Positions 43,901-51,716 of a stretch of 64,000 nucleotides of DNA are shown here, piece after piece; position 1 is the stretch's first letter, and each line of letters starts with the position of its first letter. This stretch comes from Rebecca billardiae RCC1528. Lineage: Eukaryota; Protista; Haptophyta. The translations under genes and the position numbers were made by a program. The notes beneath the pieces were generated by a model. It ran no database searches and was not told where the DNA came from. It was given only the letters and a program-made list of their open reading frames with translations. The DNA lies in contig OZ251244.1 of the NCBI GenBank assembly GCA_965240325.2, positions 806,001 through 870,000 on the forward strand, in the 5' to 3' direction.

Positions 43901-44847
43901 CGCCAACGCCGGCCGCGTCGTGAGCGCGCTGCTCGGCCCGGCGGCGAGTGGCCCGTCTGCGCACGAGGAGTTCCGCTACATTCACCAGTCGGGTGCGCGC
44001 GCCCCCGCGCGCCGGCCGCGAGTGATCACGCTCCACCGGGCGCGCGCCGTCCACACCGCGCGCGTGCGTGAGCGCACGCCTCCTGACGACTCCGCTGCTC
44101 TCGCGCGCGCGCCACCGCGCGGGCGTGGCGCGCCGCGGCTTGGTGCCCTGCCGCTGCGCTCCGGCGCGCGCAGCGCCGCCCGAGCTGCGGCGCGGTGCGG
44201 TGGGGCAGGCGATCTTCGGCCCGCTGGCTGTCCCGCTGCGCGACGGGGTGCACGAGTCCGTCAGCCTGCTCGAGCTCGGCCAAGCATGCCGCCGCGCCAT
44301 CGAGGCGCAGCGCTCGCGAGACGATGAGAGCAGCCGACACGGCGGCGCGCGCGCCGCGGTGCCTCGGCTGGTGGCGCGTGTGGCACAGGGCATCCTCGGA
44401 CCGCCGCCGCGCCGCGCCGAGCGCTCGGGCGGTGCGCGTCGGCTGGCGCCATCCTCCGCTGAGCCTGACGCCCGGGCACGCAGTGCTCACGCCGCTCCGC
44501 GCGCGGCCGGGGCGCCAGACCTCGGCTCCAAGCCGGCCGCGCCGCCCGCGCCGCCCGGGCCCGCTGCGATGGGCGACGGCGGCGCAGGCCGCGCGCGCGT
44601 GTCAGCTCGCCCCCCTGCATCGCCGCCTGTGCCACCGGCCACGCTCGGCGACGCTCCCCCGGCTGACACGCGTGGGGCTCAACCGCCAGGTGCTTCGCAC
44701 AGCACCCCCTGGCAGTGCGGCGCGAGCTCAGCAGCTGACGCCAGCAGTAGTGCTGATGTGCATCGGCAGCCGCCAGTCGTGGTAGCGGCCACGTCGTCGC
44801 CGGTGGCGCGCGGATTTCGCGGGCCGGGCCAACGACCGCTGAGGTGA
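37974..44847 (+). CDS. LRR-IPT-Cys-rich-multipass TM-TIR receptor; exons approx. 37974-38392, 38535-41745, 41973-43391, 43695-43992, 44174-44847
   Basis: Signal peptide; ~12 plant-type LRRs (L.G.IPTELG.L); IPT/TIG-like segment; Cys-rich repeats; ~7-9 hydrophobic helices with YLRADYS and GY....WWE motifs; TIR (YHLFVSH|VWRTGQDQ...FLDVDNL...FFLSAGFFQSRNALREV). Confidence 0.85.
43560..43694. repeat. Intronic (GCC)n / GCGCCC composite repeat
   Basis: Repeated CGCCGCCGCCGCGCC units inside a predicted intron. Confidence 0.8.
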
Positions 44848-44857
44848 TCGCAGTGAA

Positions 44858-44881
44858 AGAGAGAGAGAGAGAGAGAGAGAG
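44858..44881. repeat. (AG)n microsatellite
   Basis: About 12 dinucleotide units directly after the receptor stop codon. Confidence 0.9.
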
Positions 44882-45053
44882 CTAGACGAGAGAGCGCGTA
44901 GAGAGTCATACGCGGCGGCGGATCGATCGTCATCAGACTCAGTCAGAGCGGCGCGCGCGGCGCCCGCCGCAGCGAATCAGCTCCGATCCGCCCGCCGCCG
45001 CGCGCGGCGCCGATCTGATCCCGCCTGGATCGGAGCGCGTTCGTTCGTCAGCA

Positions 45054-45054
<1 letters not shown>

Positions 45055-45110
<56 letters not shown>
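45055..45110. repeat. (TA)28 microsatellite
   Basis: Perfect TA run about 90 bp from the transposon left TIR. Confidence 0.95.
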
Positions 45111-45114
<4 letters not shown>

Positions 45115-45755
45115 TCACCTGCGCGCTGCGCTTCACGACGACTACTACAAGCTGCTTGACGACGATATCGTCGTCGTCAGCAATGATAAGATGATGATCC
45201 ACAGCAACGATTTCTTTTTTAAAGCGGCCGTTAAGGAAACTCCAACAAATTGATTTTCGGCCGTTAACGGCTCAACCCGGGCGTCCGGCCACAATCCCGA
45301 GAGCCTCCTCGCGCCGCTCGGACCAACCGACGGTCGTCCAGAGCTCCGACGCGAAGTTGAAAGTCCCGGTGCGCGCGTGCGCCGTGCGTGCGCGTGTGGC
45401 GGCGTCCACGTCGCCGCTGCGCCACCGGTGCTCTAATCGCGGGTGTTCCCCAACCTATCCCCCACCTGCCCCGCACCCGCTCCGCGTCCCGACCCGCCAC
45501 GCCGATCTACTTTGCTAGGTCTGTTCGTAACACGGTGCGAATCTGCGCCCGCCTGCACGCCGCCGCGCGCGGGGATGCAGGAAGTGTATGGAGGGGCGCG
45601 GAGTTTGTATTCAGGCGGCGGGTTACTCGTGATCCACGCACATGCTCAGCGGGAACGCTTACTTTTGCATGGGTGACCGGGAATTTGCATCAGACTAACT
45701 TGCTGCGGCTGCGCCCGGCGGCGGCCGCGCGGGACCGCGCTCGCCGCGCGCAGCA

Positions 45756-46613
45756 ATGACGACGGCTGTGCTTACCGTGGGCAAGGGCAAGCGTTCCTGC
45801 GCGAAGCCGAAGAAGGTCAAGCTGCAGCGGAAGGGCGGCTACGGCATCGGGCGCAAGGTCTCTGCCGCATCTGTGCGGCGGCGCATGGCCGCGGCGGCCG
45901 CGGAGAAGGCGGCTGAGCACGAGACGCTCATGCTGCGCGCGCGCGAGGCGGCGAGCGAGGTGGACCACTCGATCATGCCGAACGAGAACTACCTGGCGGA
46001 GGTCAAGCGCAAGGTCAACAACTTCGTCGCCATCAAGGGCAGCCGGAAGAAGGGCAACCTGCTGCGCAAGGCCAAGCTGGCGCTGTTCCCGCGTGACGCC
46101 CTCTACTCGCCGATGTTCACCTCGCTCGACGACCAGGGCGTCGTGCACGAGACGCGAGAGAAGGACCGCACGCGGCGCACCGTGAGCTCGTACCAGCCCG
46201 AGCGCATCTCGACGTGGCTCAACCTGGGCATGCGCCGCGTCCCGAAGCCGCTGCGGGCGAACGCGCTCGGCGGCGCGCGCACGGACCGGCACCTCTCGGC
46301 GATCAACACGGTGCACTCGCTCTCGATCGAGCACACCGAGATGCATCGGCTCGATCCGGACGGCGCGTACCAGCAGTTCGCGCACGTGCGCGTGGGCGTG
46401 ATCTCGCTCAACGCGCAGGGCGGCCTGCACGCGCCACAGGACGCGCAGGGCGGCGTGAGCGTCGACGCCGAGCGCTACGCGCTGATGCAGCCATGGCGCT
46501 TCAAGAAGGAGAAGGGGCGCGCTGACGTGAGCGGCGAGCTGCTCAAGGTGTGCGCGCAGGGCGTCTCGATGCGCCGCGGCGGAGGCGGGGCTGGCGGCGC
46601 ACGCCGTCTGTGA
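45756..46613 (+). CDS. Transposon ORF1, Lys/Arg-rich; probably exon 1 of the transposase
   Basis: 285-codon ORF with strong coding bias. Host-type donor AAG|GTGTGCGCGC at 46548 can splice in frame to CCGCGCGCAG (46750) or TTCTCAG (46897). Confidence 0.7.
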   Translation: MTTAVLTVGKGKRSCAKPKKVKLQRKGGYGIGRKVSAASVRRRMAAAAAEKAAEHETLMLRAREAASEVDHSIMPNENYLAEVKRKVNNFVAIKGSRKKGNLLRKAKLALFPRDALYSPMFTSLDDQGVVHETREKDRTRRTVSSYQPERISTWLNLGMRRVPKPLRANALGGARTDRHLSAINTVHSLSIEHTEMHRLDPDGAYQQFAHVRVGVISLNAQGGLHAPQDAQGGVSVDAERYALMQPWRFKKEKGRADVSGELLKVCAQGVSMRRGGGGAGGARRL

Positions 46614-49600
46614 CGAAGGGCCCGTCGGAGCTCACGGGCGCGCCGCCGGCAGCGCCTGCCGCGGCGCCCGCCGCGGCGGCACCGGCGGCGCCGCCCGAGT
46701 CCGACGTCTCACGGCGCAAGCGCGCGGACTGGAAAGCGCGCCGCGCGCAGCGCGAGCAGCTGACCGCCACTCGCCGAGCAGCGAGCAGCGCCCGATGGCG
46801 TCGCGCGCCAGCTGGTGACGGCGCGGTCGCGCCGCATCCCCCCCTCGATCTCTCTGCCCTCGATCCCACGCATGCCCATCTGCATTCTCATTCTCAGCCT
46901 CTCTCGCATGTTCCAGTCCTCGGTCTCACGCCCGGCCTCTGCGCCGACGCGCCATCCGATCCATCGTCCGCCGCCGTGATGCCCTACGCGGTCGCGGACA
47001 CCCAGCCGCTGCCTCCGTTGGGGCCGCCGCCGCTGCCGTCGCTTCCGCCACCGCCGCAGCTGCCGTCGGCGCCTCCGCACCTGCCTCCGCCGCTCGTGCA
47101 GCCGCCGCAGCCGCGGCCGCGGCCGCGGCCGCGGCCGCAGCCGCAGCCGCTGTCCTCGCCGCATGATGCCGCCCGTCCACCGACCGCGCGCGCGCTCGCT
47201 CTCCTTCGAGCTGATGGCGGCGAGGCGGCGGCATCAGCCGCCGCCGCCGCCGCCGATTTGTCTCCCGCCGTCGTCGCTGCCCGCTTCTCGTCTCTTCCCG
47301 CTCACGCCGACCACCTCGTCTTCTCGCCCGCCACTACCAACGCCTCCTCCGCCTTGAGCTTTCCTGCTGCCGCTGCGCCGTCGCCCGCGGTCACGCGCAG
47401 CGCCTCCCGCCAGCCCGCGCCGCCACTCCTCCTCGCTGGCGCGGCGGCGCAGCCGTTCGTCGGTGGGTCGGCGGAAGAGCTGCTGCCGCCGAGGTCACCT
47501 GCCGTCGCCTCGCCCGCCTTCATGTCGCCGCCGCCTGCCGTGCTGCTCTCGGCCGCGCCCACCCGCCAGCGGCCTCTCACGCGCTCGGCTGGCAGCGTGG
47601 CGCCGACGCCCGAGGCAGAGGCGGACGAGCAGACAGCACGGGGTCGAAGGCGCATGGCCGAGCTGCAGCACGTGGCCGAGCTCGAGCAGCAGTTGCGGCG
47701 CTCGCACAGCACGCGCAGCGTCCCTTCCGAGCTCGAGCTCACCTCGCTGCGCACACGTGTGACCGAGCTCGAGCACTTCAACGGCGAGCTCGAGCGCGAG
47801 CGCGACGACGCGGTGCGGCAGCGCGAGGACATCGTCAACTCGGCCGCCGTCGATCTCGAGCCGGTTCTCGACGTGGTGATCGCCGCCGTCAAGCTCGAGT
47901 GCGAGAACATCGAGCGCGAGGCCCTCGACCGGATCGCCGCCGCGCGCGCCGCCGCTGCTGCCGCGGAGAGGCGCGCTGTGCTCGCCGGGTACCGCGCCGG
48001 GCACAGCGCGGATGCGCGCACCCGCCACGACGCCGAGGCGGAGCAGGCGCAGGCGAAGCTTCGGCGCGATCTCGAAGAGGCGAACGCGCGGGCCGCAGCT
48101 GCGCAGCGCGCCGCCGACGCGCAGCGCGATCGGGCCCTCGAGTTGGAGCGCCGCCTCACCGCGACCGAGCACATCGCCGCTGACGCGCTGAGCGGCGTCG
48201 AGCACGAGCTCGCGGCTGCGCTGCACGCGCAGCAGCTGCTCGAGCAGCAGTGCGCGCACGCCCAGTCGCTCTGCGACGAGCAGCAGTCGCAGCTTGTCGA
48301 GCTCAAGCGCGACAAGGACGCCGCGCGCAAGCGCGCCGACCGAGCCGCCGGCAAGTTCGAGCACCTCGCCGAGCTGAACGGGCTGGACGGCGCTCATCGG
48401 CAGCGCGCTCAGCGCCCATCTCTCTCGGTCTCGAGCAACGCGTGCCGCAAGCGCAGGCGGGGGGAGGCGGACCATATCGAGCACATCCTGCGTGGCACGC
48501 CCGACGACGTGATGGACCTCGTGCTGCACGAGATGCTCGAGGGCGCAGACGACGGCTCGCGCAAGCCGTGGGCGAGGCACGCCTACCTCCAGCAGCGCCG
48601 CGGCGCAGTGGGCGTTGTGCGCGAGATTCAATCTCATCAGACGCACCACGACGTCGCCGGCTACCTCGTCTCGAAGAACGTCACGGACGCGCAGTTCGAC
48701 ACGTGGCGCGAGTGGGTGGGGAAGGAGATCCACCCGGTGACGGGCGAGCACTCGGCTCGCACCGTCTTCCGCGGCGGCTTCGGCCGCGAGCCGATCCGCC
48801 ACCCGATCCCGCCGCCGGCGGCTGGCTCTCGAGAGGTCGCGCAGCGCGATCGCGAGCACGCGGGCGCGGGCGTGCTCATGATCGGCAGCGAGTCGGCGGC
48901 GCGGCCGTGGGCGCAGGCCGTGCACGCCGTGCTGGATCGCTCGGAGCGCAACGGCAAGTCCGCGCGCCCGCGCGGGCATCCGCACGTCCTCCTCCTCTCG
49001 GCGGACGCGGGCAACACGGCTCACTCGCGCACGGCCACGATCGCCATCGTGCGCAACGGCTGGGGCGTCAACTACGGCGCGCTCGCGTCGTCAGAGGCGA
49101 TCGCCATCTCGGAGCGGCCGGACTCGGACATGTCCGAGTTATGGAGTGCGCACGCCGACGCGATCAATGACGTGATCCGGAGCGGCCTGCTTCCGCCGCG
49201 ACCGACGCCGCCTGCTGCCGCCACCGCACGTGTGGCCGGCGCGGCCGGCGGCGCGGCCGCGGCCGTCACAGCCGGCGCGGCCGGCGGCGCGGGCCGCGGC
49301 GAGGCCCGCGGCGCGGCCGGCGGCGCGGCCGGCGGCACGGCCGGCGGCACGGCCGGCGGCACGGGCGGCGCGGGCGGCGCGGGCGGCAGCGGCAGCGGCG
49401 TGGCTGGCGGCACCGCCGGCGCTGGCGTCCGCGCGGCCGGCGGCGCGGCCGGCGGCGCGGCTGGTAACGCGGGCGCGGGCGCTGGCGGCGGCGCGGGCGG
49501 CGCGGGCGGCGCGGGCGGCAGCGGCAGCGGCAGCGGCGTGGCTGGCGGCACCGCCGGCGCTGGCGTCCGCGCGGCCGGTGGCGCGGCCGGCGGCGCGGCG

Positions 49601-51295
49601 AGCAGCGCGGCTGGCAACCCGAGCGCGGGCACGGCCGGCGGCGCGGCCGCCGCGGCCGCCGCGGCCGCCGCGGCCGCCGCGGCCGGCGGCGCGGCCGGCG
49701 CGGCCGGCGCGGCCGGCGCGGCCGGCGCTGCCGGCGCGGCGGGCGGCGCGGCCGGCGGCGGTTTTGGCGGCGGCGGCGAGGCGGCCGACTACGCGGAGGA
49801 GCAGAAGGCCATCATCACGTACACCGGCGATTATGTCAACCTTGCCAGCCTCGCCGGCCAGGGCTCGCACAACGTCTCGCCGCTCCGCTTCAACGTGTGG
49901 GCGGTCAAGGAGGCGGGCGCGGACGGCGGCTCGCCTCAGTGGCGGCTGCGCACGTACAAGCGCGCGCGCGCGCTGTGCCACGCGGACCCGGGCGTGACGT
50001 GCCCTGCGTGCAAGGTCACGCCTGCCGACCAGGGCGAGTGCGACGCCGAGATGACCAAGCGCCGCCGCCTTCTCGCCGACGACTCGAAGGACGCCGAGCG
50101 CATCGTCGACCAGAAGCTGCACGAGAACCAGTGGCTGCTACCGCAGCTGGAGCTCGAGCACGTCAACTACTTCCCCGGCATCATGCACTTCAAGCACGAC
50201 ACTTTCAAGCCGGTGCTGTCGGCGCTGTGGAGGGAGGTGGACGAGCTGTACGGCCGCGACGCGCCGCTCACCAAGTACGACCTGATCGTCCTGTTCAAGA
50301 ACGCGGGCGTGCCTGTGCGAGTGCCCAAGCGGCGCACGCGCACCAACGAGATCGGCGTGCCCGACCTCCGCGGCGACGGCATCTCGCTGCTGCGCACGCA
50401 CGCGGTCTTCTGGGCGTTGGTGCAGGTCGTGTGGAAGATCGACGCGGATCTCGACGGCGCGAGCAGCGCGGGCGCGGCGGACAGCGGCGACGAGGACGCG
50501 CGCATCTCGGACATGCAGGACGAGGAGGAGCGCGAGATGATGGACGAGATCGGCTTTGACGACGAGGCGCAGTTGAAGGCCGAGATCGCGGACATGCCGC
50601 GCATGGCACTCTTCTGCCGCCTGCTCATGCTCACGTGGCAGCTGCACGACCTCGTCTCCTCGCGCGGCTACACGGACGATGACGATGGCCGCGCGAAGCG
50701 TGCGGACGAGGTTGAGGCAGCCGCGACGGCGTGGGTCGAGGCGCTCGACCTGTTCGTCCTCAAGCCGGTCACCTCGCAGTACAAGACGATCGCGCGGTTC
50801 GTCTTGCCTCTGCTGATCAGGCGGTGGGGCCACCTCGTGCAGCTCGCGGACGAGCAGGTGCAGGAGCACTTCGTGCAGGTGACCAAGCGGGCGATGCCGC
50901 TCGTGAACGCGCGCAAGTCGCTCGACTCGTTCGTCCGCGAGTATGCCGAGGGGAAGAAGTCGACGGTGCAGCCGCACATCTCGACGGCCGCGCAGCTCCT
51001 GCGCCGCGTGTCGCTTGCGACGTGGGCGGAGGAGGAGTTCGGCGACAAGGTGCGGCGGCTCTGGCTGAAGAAGGAGGGCAAGCGGCAGCGCGAATGGCAG
51101 CGCAAGGCGAAGGCCGGCGCGCACGACCTGGTCGACGAGTACATCGCGGCGCGCAAGCTCGTGCGCGAGGAGGCTGGGCTTCCGGAGGAGGACTTGTCGG
51201 CACTCAAGAGCAAATTGAGGGCGGCGGCGCGCTCGGCCTCGGCGACGGTGAGCGACGGCGCGGATGTCGCGCGCGACGGCAGCGGGGCTGGGTAG
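46550..51295 (+). CDS. RAG1/Transib/Chapaev-like DDE transposase
   Basis: Ordered motifs matching the RAG1/Transib core: AGYLVSKNVTDAQFDTWR, LLLSADAG (D, nt 49004), TYTGDYVNL (D, nt 49829), PGIMHFK, LRGDGISLL, VTSQYKTIARFVLPLLIRRWGHLVQLADEQVQEHF (E, nt ~50864), NARKS; preceded by Pro-rich and coiled-coil regions. Confidence 0.8.
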   Translation: MRAGRLDAPRRRRGWRRTPSVTKGPSELTGAPPAAPAAAPAAAAPAAPPESDVSRRKRADWKARRAQREQLTATRRAASSARWRRAPAGDGAVAPHPPLDLSALDPTHAHLHSHSQPLSHVPVLGLTPGLCADAPSDPSSAAVMPYAVADTQPLPPLGPPPLPSLPPPPQLPSAPPHLPPPLVQPPQPRPRPRPRPQPQPLSSPHDAARPPTARALALLRADGGEAAASAAAAAADLSPAVVAARFSSLPAHADHLVFSPATTNASSALSFPAAAAPSPAVTRSASRQPAPPLLLAGAAAQPFVGGSAEELLPPRSPAVASPAFMSPPPAVLLSAAPTRQRPLTRSAGSVAPTPEAEADEQTARGRRRMAELQHVAELEQQLRRSHSTRSVPSELELTSLRTRVTELEHFNGELERERDDAVRQREDIVNSAAVDLEPVLDVVIAAVKLECENIEREALDRIAAARAAAAAAERRAVLAGYRAGHSADARTRHDAEAEQAQAKLRRDLEEANARAAAAQRAADAQRDRALELERRLTATEHIAADALSGVEHELAAALHAQQLLEQQCAHAQSLCDEQQSQLVELKRDKDAARKRADRAAGKFEHLAELNGLDGAHRQRAQRPSLSVSSNACRKRRRGEADHIEHILRGTPDDVMDLVLHEMLEGADDGSRKPWARHAYLQQRRGAVGVVREIQSHQTHHDVAGYLVSKNVTDAQFDTWREWVGKEIHPVTGEHSARTVFRGGFGREPIRHPIPPPAAGSREVAQRDREHAGAGVLMIGSESAARPWAQAVHAVLDRSERNGKSARPRGHPHVLLLSADAGNTAHSRTATIAIVRNGWGVNYGALASSEAIAISERPDSDMSELWSAHADAINDVIRSGLLPPRPTPPAAATARVAGAAGGAAAAVTAGAAGGAGRGEARGAAGGAAGGTAGGTAGGTGGAGGAGGSGSGVAGGTAGAGVRAAGGAAGGAAGNAGAGAGGGAGGAGGAGGSGSGSGVAGGTAGAGVRAAGGAAGGAASSAAGNPSAGTAGGAAAAAAAAAAAAAAGGAAGAAGAAGAAGAAGAAGGAAGGGFGGGGEAADYAEEQKAIITYTGDYVNLASLAGQGSHNVSPLRFNVWAVKEAGADGGSPQWRLRTYKRARALCHADPGVTCPACKVTPADQGECDAEMTKRRRLLADDSKDAERIVDQKLHENQWLLPQLELEHVNYFPGIMHFKHDTFKPVLSALWREVDELYGRDAPLTKYDLIVLFKNAGVPVRVPKRRTRTNEIGVPDLRGDGISLLRTHAVFWALVQVVWKIDADLDGASSAGAADSGDEDARISDMQDEEEREMMDEIGFDDEAQLKAEIADMPRMALFCRLLMLTWQLHDLVSSRGYTDDDDGRAKRADEVEAAATAWVEALDLFVLKPVTSQYKTIARFVLPLLIRRWGHLVQLADEQVQEHFVQVTKRAMPLVNARKSLDSFVREYAEGKKSTVQPHISTAAQLLRRVSLATWAEEEFGDKVRRLWLKKEGKRQREWQRKAKAGAHDLVDEYIAARKLVREEAGLPEEDLSALKSKLRAAARSASATVSDGADVARDGSGAG

Positions 51296-51716
51296 CGGGA
51301 ATCAGGCAGCTGACGGTTAGGGCATGCAGGGGGGACTAGTCGCGCGCGCGCGCCGCCCGCTGGGCGCGCGCGCGCAGCGCATAGTAATTTTCCGTAAAAT
51401 AATCCGGCCGATGGACACGCTAACGGCCGCTTTAAAAAAGAAGTCGTTGCTGTGTCGCGAGTAATAACGCTCGTCCAGTCGTCGTGACCGCCGCACTGAC
51501 CGCGGCGCCGGACTTATTACAGCAGTGGGTCCGAACCGAAGCCGGAGCCTCATCGTCATCAGAATATAAATATAATGGCATCGCGTCAATAATGCGCAGA
51601 ATGCTGCTTCGCCGCGGACGACACTGACTCACTGACACTGAGGCAGCCTGAGGCTGCCAGGCCGAACTGAGCCCGAATCAGGCCGATCACGCGTATAATA
51701 TAACGGTTAATAAGTC

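Larger units (their letters stand above)
45200..51454 (+). mobile_element. Autonomous-looking DNA transposon of the CMC/Transib-RAG1 group with 34-bp TIRs
   Basis: Left TIR CACAGCAACGATTTCTTTTTTAAAGCGGCCGTTA (45200-45233); right [37 protein letters not shown] (51421-51454), 1 mismatch; TC on both flanks; encloses an uninterrupted DDE transposase ORF. Confidence 0.9.

Noticed and set aside
45200-45260. 12/23-type RSS nonamer in the transposon TIRs
   Set aside because: Only CACAG matches the heptamer; the TIRs are symmetric and no ACAAAAACC-like nonamer sits at 12- or 23-bp spacing.
37974-51454. Idea that the RAG1-like transposase somatically rearranges the neighbouring LRR receptor (V(D)J-like system)
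   Set aside because: No RSS-like signals or gene-segment arrays seen around the LRR exons and no RAG2-like ORF; adjacency alone is not evidence.
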